DNA of 64,000 nucleotides from Moniliella sp. 'wahieum' (taxonomy: Eukaryota), in the NCBI GenBank assembly GCA_003971905.1, contig RSEE01000087.1, positions 62,001-126,000 on the forward strand. Reading direction: 5' to 3'. Shown here in pieces: positions 27,068-39,105 of this stretch. The notes beneath the pieces were generated by a model. That model made no database searches. It was given only the letters and a program-made list of their open reading frames with translations, and was not told where the DNA came from. The position numbers and the translations under genes are program-made. Each line of letters begins with the position of its first letter. The stretch's first letter is position 1.

Positions 27068-27879
27068 CTTCTTTTCCTCACTATTTCCCCGGGCTGTACC
27101 CTCTCACATTTTGCATGTGACAGTGACGTGTGCGGCCTGTAGCGACGCGTGAAGGCTCTGACCTGGAGACATCTAGTCTCTAAACCACAGACGATCAGTG
27201 AGTAGTAATCAAGTAACGAGGTGAGCGGGAAGAAGGGGAAGGGGGAAGGAGAGGTGGTGGCGAAGAGGACGACAGAGCAGGCAGTGGGACAGGAATGTAC
27301 ACGTGGCCCGCTGGCCTGCGCGCGGCAACTCTAGGGTCTAGCTTTCACATCTACGAATCAGGCAAGGCACCGGTGGGTGACGTGGCAACAGGCCAGACGT
27401 TCTGGGGGAACAACGCAGAGGAACGTTTTGGACGCAGCGCACAAAACGCCGCGGCTGCCAAAAAGTGGGGACACACAAAGGCTGGGAGGCTGGCAGAGCA
27501 GGAAGCAGCAAGGCCAAGGAGGCCAGAAGAGGCCAGAAGAGGTCACCGGTCAGATCAGGAGGCCAGAAGAGGCCAGATCCCAGGGAGATCGCTCGATCAA
27601 CCTGCTCGGCTCGTGTGATGCGGTGATAATTCGGCGCCGACGGCGGCAGGGGGAGAGAGACGGGGTGGGATGGCTTATCAGACAGAGGCGCTGTGGCGGT
27701 GTGCCTGATGGATCCGGCGTGCTGTGCTGATCGATGGGATGGACACTGGAATTGGATCCTCCCATCTGCCATCTCGCTATCGACGCTGGCCCCGTGCGCA
27801 GCGCTTGTCCCTCGCGTACCTTGGCTGGACGGGGCGGCCAAACTATGTACCACACCATGTCGGATCTTGTCCAGCTCAG

Positions 27880-28075
27880 TCTGAGAACTGCGCCTGAGCG
27901 CACTGAGCCTGAGCGCTGCGTCTCAGCGCTGAGCAAGTCCTCTCAGATCGCCTTGATCACCCAGTCCAGCCGCTCCCAGCGTCTCTCTCAGTTCTCTGTC
28001 CAGCGCTGAGATCTCAGGCTGAGAGCGGAGCCTCAGCTGCCTCAGCGCGAGCGTTCTCAGCGCTGTGCTCAGCGT
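27880..28075. repeat. Cluster of CTGAG/CTCAG direct and inverted short repeats upstream of the SUR7/PalI gene
   Basis: More than ten CTGAG/CTCAG words in ~200 bp, e.g. ctgagcgcactgagcctgagcgctgcgtctcagcgctgagc. Confidence 0.7.
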
Positions 28076-28350
28076 CCCTTCTAGCTGCAGCTTCAAGCTT
28101 CAATGTTATCCAACGCCCAAACGTCCATCTTGCATCCTGCCGCAAGAATCCCACACAGCCGGGCCGGATTGGTTCGAACAGCACGTGTGCGCTCTGGGCG
28201 GCGATCTAGCACATGGTGTCGGCCTCGCACCTACCCAGTGTGATGCTTGTGATGGCCAACACCGTAGTAGTCACCTGAGTATTCCTCCTTCGCAGCCCTT
28301 CAACCAGCCCTCCTCCACACCACCTTCCCCCGCCCGTGCTCTTCAGCACC

Positions 28351-29552
28351 ATGCTCACCGTCAGCGTCGTCGCTGGTACGTCTCCCCCCCCCTCCCTGCT
28401 ACTAGTACTAGCCTCCCTCTCTCTCTCCCTCCCTCCCTCCCTCCCTCTGACTCTGAGTCTCCGCCCCTTCCTCTATGGACGCTGATCACCCTGCCTCTAG
28501 GCGAGTTCTCGTCTTTAGTGCCATGGCCCTCATGATTCTGGTCAACATGGGCCAGCTGACGCAGAACATGGTGTCGCGCAACCTGTATGTGGCCAATATG
28601 GACTCACTGCCTTGGACACGGAGCCGGAGCCGACCTGTTTACCTCGAACCGATCCCAGCCGCTGCGCAGCACAATGGCTTGAGGCGGCAGTACTACTGGG
28701 GCTCTATTCCATTTGTGCAGGCGATGGCACCAAAGTTGAGAGGGACTGTTCCTCTCGCACCTTTGGCACCAATTCGACCCCATCGCCACCATGTTGAAGA
28801 CACGGTCAATGTAACGCCCTCCCTTCTTCCCTCGGCTCCTCCGGGCGCGCCCGGGAAGCTGCAGCACATCTCTTGTTGCACCGCTACTCTCGCATTGGGT
28901 TTTACTTTTTGTTTGTCGGAACCATCATGACCGGGTGCACATTTCTTGCTGGTCTTGCGGCCGAGGGGGGCTTTTCTTCCTTCTTCGTGTGGCGCGCTTC
29001 TCACCGGCGCGGTTCTAGCTGTCGGGGCAGGTATGTGGACCGCGGTCATCTCCGAGACGCGCAAGACATGCACAGTCATGTGTCTACCTCGTTTCCCATC
29101 AACATTCGGTTTGGTCAATCGCTGTGGATGGCGTGGGCTGCCACGGGGGCCTCGTTGGCGGCCTCGGTTCCGTTTCTTGTGGCGTACTTCCTGGCGCGAC
29201 GGGAACGTCGGTTGTACGACGAGCGCATGTTTTATTCCTACACGAACGAATCGGACTCGACTCCGGACAAGGAGACGAAAGAGATGCCCCATCTGCATTC
29301 TGCCAACCCGTCCCCCGTGCGGGGGACACCCCAGCTTTACCCCACCCACCTGCTCAGGCAGAGCCTCATCTAACTCCAACGGGAGCACTCCCCGTTTGCT
29401 CGGATCACACGGACCGTGCCATGGGACAGTACGTGCCTTCGTCGGCAGGCGGCTCTCGCCATCCTGAGCAATCAGAGTCGCTGTATGGGGCGAGGGCGAA
29501 TACTACGCCACTTCCTGAGCACGCTGCCTACCCGCCCTCACAACAGCCGTGA
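28351..29552 (+). CDS. SUR7/PalI (Rim9-like) family multi-pass membrane protein
   Basis: ATG 28351; intron 28376-28500 (GTACGT..GCTGAT..CTAG); signature YYWGLYSICAG..C; TM segments IGFYFLFVGTIMTGCTFLAG and FGQSLWMAWAATGASLAASVPFLVAY; low-complexity tail; frameshifts. Confidence 0.75.
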
Positions 29553-30082
29553 ACAGCGTTGGGTTCCTTTGTTGTTGCACACATTGTCTTGTACTTCGTC
29601 TTCTCGGGGAAGTCTCTTCCCTCTCTCTGCCCCCTCTCCCTGTCCTCATCATCGACTCTGTATCCCACGGACTTAGTTGAGCAACCTAGTACTAATTCCC
29701 TTGTACCACTACTACTGCATTCATCATCCTGTCTGGCCATACACGCCAAATCATCGTATCAGATAGAGCCAATGACCATGCAGGTGCGAGTACAATGCCA
29801 GAAGCCCAAAGCGTACACAGAGGGGGCAAGTTACACAGGAAGCATTACGCATCACGGCGGTTGGTACAAAGAAATGAAACGGGGGTGGGAGCTGGAGGGG
29901 GGTGGGAGGAACAAGAAGGGTGTTGCAAAGGGTGTTGCAAGAGCCAGCAGGGTAAGTTGATCGCATAGATAGATGACCTGCAAACTGAGCGCGCTTGCTT
30001 GCGTTGCGTCCGTCAACTCACCAGGCATGGCAAAAAGGGGGGGTGTTGGTATATACCGACTGGGGAAGAACATCGCATTCTG

Positions 30083-31637
30083 TTAAAACCGGAACGCGCC
30101 CGTCGGACCACCAAAGCCCTCGCCCATCCCACCAAACCCACTGGGCCTCCCGCCCATGCCGCCCATTCCACCAAATCCACCGCCGGCCATGCCGCCCAGG
30201 ATGTCCGACAAGTCCACTCCACCGCCCATGCCGCCCATGCCGCCCATACCGCCAAACGGACTGAACTCAGCCGAGTCATCATCCGGGTTGTCGGCGCCCG
30301 CGTCGTACCGGCGGCGTTTGGTGGGGTCCGACAGGATTCCGTACGCCTCGTTGCACAGTTTGAACGTTTCGGAGTCGCCGCCCTTGTCGGGGTGGTGTTT
30401 GAGCGAGGCGGAGCGGAAGGCCTTTTGATCTCGATCTCGGTGGCAGTCCGACTGACTCCGAGGATCTTGTAGTAATCTTTCTGCTTGCTGCGCTTGAGAT
30501 CAATTTCGGCCGAGCGCAGTTCGCGGCGGATCGATTCGATTTCCGACGTGGCACCGCTCACCTTCATCCTCCAGGGCCGCCTTAAAGTCACTGACACTTG
30601 CTCGTACTGTTCCAGGGCGAGGTAGGCGCGTGCGCGGGTGCGCAGTGCCTTGATGTAGTTCTTATCCAGTTCCAGGGCGGCATCGCAGTCGGTCACGACG
30701 GCCTCGTGGTTGCCCAGCTTGGCATACGCACTGGCCCGGTTGGAGTGGATGGTAGCCTTGAACCCCTTGGCGACGCCGTCCTCGTCGGTATTCTCATCGG
30801 CTTCCTGGATGGCTTGAGTGTACATGGCCACTGCCTCGTCAAACTGTTGCGCCTTGAACGCTGCGTTTCCCTCTGCTTTGGTCCGTTCCAAGCGCTTGGA
30901 CTTTTGAGAAAGGTGCGGGCTTGGCGGTGGTCCGGATCGGAGCGCAGAGCCGCCTGGGCATGCGCCGTCGCCTTGGCCAACTCACCTTGAGCGAGCATGA
31001 CCCGCGCACGTAGCAACAGAGCATCACTGTTGCCCGAATCTTGTCGAAGAATGTCCATTGCACCATTGGCTGCGGTCTGGAGCTGACCGCGGCGAAGTGC
31101 CAGTTCTGCCTGGGACAGGCGCCAGGCCGCCGGCAGCGGCACACCAGCATCCAAGGATGCCCCCGCCCGATCCAGCGCAATGGACGCCATCCATTCTTTC
31201 GACTGTTTAAACTGCGCATAACTGTCGAGGTGGTGCTGGAGCTTGTTGACCTGCTCGGTCATGGGCCACCTGCTTCTGCTCGGCGCTGCTCGTTGGCGCA
31301 AGAGAAGCAAGGATCCGGCTAGCCTGGGCCGGCTCACCGAGATTAAAGTGGCACCGAGCCGTGCGGACGCGCTTGGCTGGTACATTCTCCCCGCCAGCGA
31401 TTCGGCCTTGAGACAGTCAGTCAGAGCAGGGGCGTAGCACTTGTTGCCCATCTGGGCTGCGGCGCGGTTGGTCAGATAGGTGGGTTCGAGCGGGTCGAGT
31501 TCGATGGCCTGGGTGTAGCAGTCGATCGCTTCGCCGTACCGCTTGGCGGCAAAGGCAGTGTTGCCCGCGGCCTTGTGTTTCTCGGCATCAGCCTTGGCCT
31601 GGGGCGTGGGAGGCGGGACCGCAGGTGCTGAGCTCAT
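30083..31637 (-). CDS. DNAJC7: TPR + J-domain co-chaperone (DNAJC7/Tpr2)
   Basis: TPRs AEKHKAAGNTAFAAKRYGEAIDCYTQAIELDP and KAEGNAAFKAQQFDEAVAMYTQAI; LKRSKQKDYYKILGV; KHHPDKGGD; G/M-rich tail ending GAFRF*. Confidence 0.93.
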
Positions 31638-32943
31638 GGAGGATGGTGGTGGGGTTGGAGAAGAAGGTGCAGATGATCGTGTGCGCTCCTCGTTGCGAAA
31701 GACCGATGATCGCTGAGGACCGAGAAATTTGAAAAGGCCGAAGGCAGTTTGGGCAGGCACAGGGGCAGTGCCTGTGGGCCCCGCCTTCTTCCACGAGCTC
31801 ATCTTGAAACTAATAGGAGGCGAGCAACCCATCTTCCCCATCCTCCCTATCCTCTCCATCAGCAGTCCTCCCCACGACCCGTCGCGCGCCCAGAAGACGA
31901 GGAACAACGGACCAAGCGGGGCATTGCCGTTGCCATCATGGTATCTGTGACGACCTGTTCTTGCTGCCGAGTGTGCCCAAGTTGGCCCTTCTCAGGATCG
32001 GCACATCAAGCTGTTTGAGCCCCCGCCCCCCCAAGTCTCTTTCGAATGGACGAGTACTTGCTCGCGACCTATCTTGCCCACACCTCTTCCACTGGTGTAT
32101 GGATTCCTCGTCAAGCGGAGCGAACCATCACCTCGTTGAAGTTAGACAGAGGGGGGCACATACGATCCCCCCAAATGCGATAGACTTGTGTTTTGAGCAG
32201 GCATACGAAACCAAACCGCAGCCATTGCATTCTCTGTCTTCCCACTCTGTCGTCCTCTGATCCACATCCCTGTCTTCCATCTCCCGAAGCGTCCTTGACC
32301 ATTTTCCACCCGGAGCGAAAGTCGGGTTGCCGGGCGCAATCAGTCTACAGTGAAGGAGGACGCGCCTGGTTGGACTGGCACAGGTGTACGAACACATATT
32401 GGAAACCGGCATCGTCTACCCTCCCCCCCGCCACACTTGCCTTGTCTTTGTCAGATTTCCACAACTCTCCCTAGTTTCGCATTGATAAGCCTGTCGATTG
32501 TGCCCTACGCGTCCGGGATCATGTGGAGCCAACCGACCGAGAGGAGCCACGGCACGGCGATGGCCAGGACATGTAGGCTAGGCTACCATTCTACTGCGGG
32601 AGAAAGAGCAGCACGCATTCTACCATCAGGCTGAAACCGCTCACACTCCGCCTTCCTTCCTCTCTACGATTGCAACCCTCAAAAGGGCCATGTTGACCAA
32701 GCCCCATTCACCGCTCGGCGGGTCCTCTGTGGTGTGGGGCCAAGGCTGCCCACCCAAAGCCCCGGAGTCGTACGCGACGTTGCCTCCCAAGCTCTTATCC
32801 AAGTTTCTGTCCAAGCCCATGTCCAATGTCAAATTCACATGTATCAGCGCACCTTGGTCTCTGTCCATCCTGCATCCTGCATCCTGCACCACCGGCCGCC
32901 ACAGGTACCATGACAATACCATTCCGACCGCCTCGGGCCAAGC

Positions 32944-33661
32944 TTAGTCGTAGTCATCGTCTTCTTCCAACTGACGTTTGACGCGCGGGTTCTTGTGGCG
33001 GCGCGGGGTCCGGTACCGACGGTGGTAGCACAGGTGCCGGTGGAGCGGCCTCGTCCACTCGTCGTAATCGCTTTCTTCTTCCAGCATGCGTTCTTCGGGG
33101 CCAGAGGCGCGTTGCGTGGTGTGCAGCAGGCTCGTCAGGGGCAGCAAGGGGAGGAACTTCGTCTTCGTCGCCAAGTCGTCGTGGAGCGGCGGGCGTTGGG
33201 TACGAGACGGAAACTGGTGGCTGTCAAGCGTTGAGAGCGGGGGAGGGAGGCGGATCCCGTATCCCTCCCCAATCAGTGGAAGCGGCTCGGAGTTGACCGC
33301 CGTAGCGAGCGCCAATTGCATCTGGGGGAAGGTCAGGGCATGCATGTAACTGGCGCGCGAAAAGAGGAAGGGGGACATACCTCCTTAGGTGGAGCAGGGG
33401 TGAAGGAGTAGTTGACGCGGGACTGTACGGCGAGCTGGACGTCGTCGAGAGACACGCGGTGGGAGCCGACTGGCCGAGCTGGAGGCGGCATGGTCGGCGT
33501 ACACCATGGCGTCCTGCAGTACATCGTACGTGTAGCGGTGGCAGAAGTCCAGGAGCTGGACCAGGCCGACGTCTCGACCTCCTGGATGCCATGGAGGAGG
33601 CGATGAGGGCGATGGTGCGTGCATCGCGCGGCAGCGGACGCGCTTGGCCAGAGGAGGACAT
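32944..33661 (-). CDS. TAF9: TFIID/SAGA subunit TAF9 (histone fold)
   Basis: PRDARTIALIASSMGI..QLLDFCHRYTYDVLQDAMVYADHA..VSLDDVQLAVQSRVNYSF..PPKE, intron 33380-33322, then LALATAVNSEPLP..GIRLPP; acidic end EEDDDYD*. Confidence 0.93.
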
Positions 33662-34015
33662 GGCGGCAGAAGCAGTGAGCATGCACAGCCAGCCAAGCAG
33701 CAGGAGCAACCGCACGCAACCCACAGCTCTGGCGCTGCGAGATGGAGGAGGAGGTGTGGTGGTGGTACGCGGGGGGGGTGGGGTGGTCTGGTTCGGGGGG
33801 CAGGCGGAATTGGCTGGGCGGGCGGAACGAGCACGGTTGCCGTCTCGGCTCGGTCATCGGTCATCGATCATCATGCATCAACCATCCTGGCCTGCGCTTC
33901 GTCTCGGCTCCAGAGTCGGCAGCCCCAGCGCGCTTGCTGGTTGGTCCAGCGACGTCGCGTCAGCCAGCACCGCTCCTCCATCGCCCCTTCCCTCCCTCCC
34001 CCCTTCTCTACCACC
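33662..34015. promoter_or_regulatory. Short shared (bidirectional) promoter between divergent TAF9 and RCF1
   Basis: Head-to-head ATGs 354 bp apart; the + strand switches from G-rich to C-rich inside the spacer. Confidence 0.55.
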
Positions 34016-34843
34016 ATGTCCGACCGTCCCCGGCAGGCTGCCAGCGACCCGTCGCAGTTTGCCGCTGCTGAAGGCCCCAACCGCTATGTGCCCAGCACCG
34101 ACGCCTCCAACCCCAACCTGGTGCATGTCGCAGGCTCCCAGGAAACCCTCAACCTCAAGCCCGTCATGCTTGACCAAAAGACACTCCAACCGCCTTTGGA
34201 AAAACTCATCTCCAAGATCAAGAGGAGCCGCTTGTGCCGATTTGTATGTCCCATCTCCCGCTCTCCTTCGCGCCGCACCCATCTGACGTGTGTGGCAAGT
34301 CCTCGGACTGACCCTGGGCGCGATCACCATGGCCATGGTGGAACTCAAGAGGGGCAACAAGCGCAATCTACAAAAGTGGCTGCGGTACCGTGTGGTCTAC
34401 CAGACGCTTACGGTGGGTGCAGTGGTCATTGGTGCGTACATGGCCAAGGCGCGCAAAGACGAGGAAGCCCCAGTGCCAATTTCGGACGATGCGCTGGTGA
34501 CCATTCAGCTGGAGAGGGAAAGGCGTCAGGGAGATGTGCCGTGGGAAGCGCGGCTGGCCGAGCTGGACTCGCTGCAGCCAACCAGGCCGAACGGGAGAAG
34601 GAAAACCGCGAGTTGATCATGGCGCAACTAATTGCTCAAGACCAAGCGCGCGAAGCGGTGAAAACCAAGACGGCCAAGCTTGGCCTGCCCCTTTCCACCT
34701 CGACAGGAAGCAGCAGCGGGACTGGCACGCAAGGCGATGAGGCAGCCAGTGCGTCAGCTGCTGCACCTGAGGAGGCGTCCAAGGGCAGCCGCTTCCTCCA
34801 TTCGTTCTATAGTCTTTTCGGGGGAGGCAAAACGCAGGCGTAA
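34016..34843 (+). CDS. RCF1: HIG1-domain respiratory supercomplex factor (Rcf1-like)
   Basis: EKLISKIK(E)EPLVPI, intron 34244-34299, LGLTLGAITMAMVELKRGN..QKWLRYRVVYQ (Q-x3-R-x-R-x3-Q motif), charged helical tail. Confidence 0.8.
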   Translation: MSDRPRQAASDPSQFAAAEGPNRYVPSTDASNPNLVHVAGSQETLNLKPVMLDQKTLQPPLEKLISKIKRSRLCRFVCPISRSPSRRTHLTCVASPRTDPGRDHHGHGGTQEGQQAQSTKVAAVPCGLPDAYGGCSGHWCVHGQGAQRRGSPSANFGRCAGDHSAGEGKASGRCAVGSAAGRAGLAAANQAEREKENRELIMAQLIAQDQAREAVKTKTAKLGLPLSTSTGSSSGTGTQGDEAASASAAAPEEASKGSRFLHSFYSLFGGGKTQA

Positions 34844-35618
34844 GGCCTCTGTCCCGACTGGCCCACAGGCATGAGCCGCGCCGAGTGCATGCGAGCTGGA
34901 TGAGAGTGCGGACACACGCATCCAACACGTGTCTGTCCAGGGGAAGGGTGGGTAGTCGAGAACCGAAGCGCTGGCGTGGCTGGTGGGCGGATGGTGCCAT
35001 GCAAAATGCGATGAATGTGCAGGATGCCCGATAGATTGAGGGAAGCGTGGGCTGTGTGCAAGAAGCGCCAGAGCATGGGCGCTTGCGGGTGACGGGTGAG
35101 GCGCCAATGAGTAATGATGGGTGATGCCACCTGGCATGCGAGGGGGCATCCAGCATCCCGCTTCAAGCTTCCATTCCCGCTTGAAGCATGGCGCCGACGA
35201 GTGCGAGCCCGCCGCCGCCGCGAGGGCTGTGTGCTGCGGACGCGTGTAAGCGGGAATGGGTAATGGTAATGGTGGGAGCGAAGGGGGGCGGGCGGGGGCG
35301 TCGCTGGGCATGGCCGGCCACGCGCCGAGCAGGAAGCGAAGCGGCATGCGCAGGCGGGCATCCGCTATGGGATGAGCAACGGGTGAGCGATCATCGATCA
35401 ATGGGCGGATCACGTGGCGGTGTGTGACATGTGACAGGCGATGCTCGATGCTCGATGCTCCGAGACCGAGTGATCAGCCATTTCCCAGTCCAGGGTTATA
35501 GGCAAGCATAGCCACCTCGCCAGCTCACCGCCTCGCTCTCCCCATCCGCCCCCGCCCAAGCCCCGCCACCGCCACCCCCTCCTCCTGCGCGCTCCTCTCC
35601 TCCCTCCGCCCCGGCGCG

Positions 35619-38600
35619 ATGAGTACGCCCCCGCGCGGCTCCCACCCTCGCCCCGGCCTTGCCCCCACGCTCCGCTCCCAGCTCTACCCCTCCCACCTGG
35701 GCGCTGGCGCCCGCGCAGGCACGCGTGCCCGCTCCCTCGGCACCGCCGCCTTTCTCTCCACCGATGACGACCTCATTGGCGTGCCCATGCTCACCGCCCC
35801 CCTCCCAGAGTGGCCCGGCCCCGCCGACGCCTACCCTCTGTCCGTGCTGGCCTCGTCCAGCCCAGGCGGGCCCGACGACGCTGAGGATGTGGATCTGCTC
35901 ACCCGACCTACCGGGCTCTTGGACCGCTTCCGCGCCCTCCTCTTCCGCCGGGAAGGGTACGAGTCCCTTGCCCCCCCCCGTTCGTCCCGTTCGTCCCGAT
36001 CGTCCCGTCTCGACAAGGAGCGCGGGACGCTCGACCATGTCCGTGCCCATCTGCCTTCGTTGCTTTTGCGCCTCGTCCTCACCTCGATTCTGGGGACGTG
36101 CATTTGGCTCGTGTACCGCACGGTTCAGCTGCGCTCGGGCGCGGCGAGTGGGTTTGCTCTGTACGCGGCCTTGTCGGACGAGCAGCTGACTCGACTGTTT
36201 GGGTCGCATGGGCACGTGGCGCCGAATGAGATGGACACTACGGGGCTTGCGGCGCCCATTGAGGTGCACGATCCCTTTGGCTCCGCAAGCTTGTCCTATA
36301 CGTTTGACCTGGACCCAGAATCGAATCCTCGTCCCAACTTGGCCAACGACTTTGTGCCTGCTTGGTACCCTCCCTCGACCGAGGCGGAGGGGAAGGCGAT
36401 CCGGCCCATTGCACTGCAGGAGCCGCTGGTACGTCGACCGAGTGTCTGGAGGCCTGGGTGGCAAGGGGCGAGGTGTGATGCGTTGGACCTTGGCAGGGCT
36501 GGAACGGGGTTGAAAGAACCCCTAGTGGATGTCGTATTTACATGGGTCAACGGATCGGAACCCGCCCATCGGCAGACAAAAATGTATTGGGAGTACTGCA
36601 TGACGACCGAGTCGGTGCTGAAGCACCAAGTGTGCCCGACGGGCTATGTCAAGGACCCACTTGACAGGTTCAACCAGGAGACGCTGCACGTCGAGTCGGA
36701 CGAGGTGTTGGACACCAAGTTTCGCCAGTTTCTCAAGGACGTCTATCCTCTACTTGTGTCCCAGAGCCTGGATCCGAACCAACAGCTGCTCAACTCCAAC
36801 CAAGACACGCGCCGTCAATCCATCGGTGCAGGTGAAACGGTTTACCGAACTGGACGAGCTCCGGTACGCCGTTCGCTCGGCTGTGCGCTACGTCCCCAAC
36901 CTGGGAACGATCCATATCATCTCCCCTGACTTTAGTCAAGCGCTGCTACCCGATATGGCCGCTGCAGCCGTGGTGGAAGCTGAGCTGCGCGCCGATCGCT
37001 CCCTCTTCACTTCCCCTCCTAAACCGACAGCTCACGAGTTGGAGAAGGACATGCAACTCGGCCTGGTGCACTGGAATGCATCTATAGGTCCAGTCGGGTG
37101 GGGCAGAAACCACGGTGGCTTAATCTCGACTCGGCGCATGTCCTGGTGGGGGACCGGGGAGAGGATGCAAGGCAAGCAGGACCGTTGCCGCTACTTCGTT
37201 TGCACCACGATTCGTCCATCTTCCGCCCGGCTCCTTCTCCCGGGGCCAAAGAGGAGCTGGAGGTGACGCGACGGCAGATCGCTGCGCCCACATTCAATTC
37301 GATGGCCATCGAGGCCATTTTTGACCAAGCCAACCTAGCCGGCTTGGGGGAGACCACGTTTGTAGCCAGCGACGATTTCTTCTTCCTTCGCGCCTTATCC
37401 ACGGGGGACATTGCCTCGCCGCTGCATGGGCTGATGATGCGCTTGTCGGATACGATCGAGGTGACAGTGGCGGAGGAGCGAGCCAGTTGGTCGATGCAGG
37501 GGGAAGGACCAGGACTGATGGTAAGTGCTTACCTGCTCAACCAACGATTTGGCAAGCGGACCGACCGTCGTCATTCGCCCCACGTTCATCGTTCCACCGA
37601 TGCCAGTTTGCTGCACGAGATGCGGCTCATGTTCCGGGAAGACCTGACAGCCGCTTCCAAGGCGCGCTTCCGCGGACTCGGACTCAACATTGTTTCCCAC
37701 ATCCTTTTTCCCGCCATGGTTATGGAGCGTCACCGCGAGGCGCTGCTCTGGTCTTACCTTGTGCTGCGCCTTGACGAAAATGGCGATGGACGATTAGACC
37801 CCAAGGAAATTTCCACTCTGTTGAGCGCGATGGGGCGCACGTCCGAGGGCCACCCTGCTGCCCGGCTTCCGCGTAGACGCACCATTGCGCCTCGCCGGAT
37901 GGAGGAGGTAGGACAAGCGACCGGTCTGCCGTTACCGCGCGAGACGGAGTACCTATTTTCCTCGGCGGACGGGTACGCGTTGTCTCTGCTCGCTTCGCCA
38001 GCGCGACGACAAGGACTTACCTCCTCCCGGACGCTACTCGCAATTGCGGAGTTGCAAGGAGGCTGGCGGTATTACGTGCCGGTGCAGGACCGGCCAGTGC
38101 GCACGCCTTCGCAGCCATGGGACCAAGATGCGAACGAAGGTGGGGACAAGCCAGTGTGTGCGTTCCCGCTCAGCACGTGTCTTCCCCCCTGGCGCAACGG
38201 GGTAGAAGCAAGTAGTCTGTTTGTTCATCTTGCCTTTGCCCATCCGGAATGTGGCGACTGTCTCGCGACGCACCTAGTGCAGCAGTCGGGCCTGCAAGGC
38301 TTGGCCGCCATCTTGCCCCCCGCCAACCGGACCTTCCCTGGTCCCGTATCGTCCGCACCGCAAGTCCCGCATTTACCACTCACGCGTACCTGGCGCCCGC
38401 GGCCGCAGCAGCCGTCCGACGCGCGGCACACACCGCACTTTGCTGCTGCTGACGTGGCGCGGTCGACCGGATGGGGAGGCAAGTCGATGCGAACGTTTGC
38501 GATGCGGCTGGTACAGCGGTACGCGTATACGCTGGGAGCGACACCCATGGCATTTGTCATCTACACTGAGGAGAGTGGCGCACGGCGTCTGCGCGAGGCA

Positions 38601-38738
38601 GAGTTATCGTCGGACCTGGCGTTGTTGTGTGTCAATGACGATCTGGTTTCGCACCGGCCCGAACCCATCGAAGCGCTGCAGGCGTTTTTGAAGCGCAAGT
38701 TGCCTCCTGACCCGGCCGAGCTGTCGTTTGAGCTTTGA
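35619..38738 (+). CDS. Stealth-family sugar-1-phosphotransferase (Xpt1/GNPTAB-like), paralog 2
   Basis: TM LLLRLVLTSILGTCIWLVY; CR1 LVDVVFTWVNGSEP; CR2 RFTELDELRYAVRS..FNSMAIE..ASDDFFF; CR3 PHVHRS..RFRG; CR4 LLCVNDDL. Frameshifts near 36830 and 37100. Confidence 0.92.
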
Positions 38739-39105
38739 GCTTTGAGCTTTTGAGCCAGTGAGCCTTTGAGCTTGCTTATGGGGGGTGGGGTTATTTGGAC
38801 TTGCGCCGCGCCAGGCCAGGTCACGATGCGTCTCAGCTATATACTAACGGTGCTCGCCCCTGGCGTGTGGATCGCCTTGCTAGCGAGCTAAGAGGTCGGT
38901 TGCGGTTGTCGGCCATCGCTCGGCACATTGTAACGGTCATTTGTGTACTGGTATATGAATCCTGTAATCGCCATCTCCTGTGTTGGGGGTTGTACTAGCC
39001 ATGGAGGATGGAAGCCAAGGGATACAAGTTCCTATTCCTATGCAGTTTTACCATTGACTCCAAGGGACAGTGAGTGTAAGAAGAGTGTTGCCTCTCCCTC
39101 ACGCC

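Noticed and set aside
31950..32940. Short ORFs or ncRNA between DNAJC7 and TAF9
   Set aside because: No motif, coding signature or RNA structure that I could support
34244..34299. AAG splice acceptor in RCF1 as non-canonical splicing
   Set aside because: AAG acceptors are rare but known, and a single-base error from CAG is equally likely here
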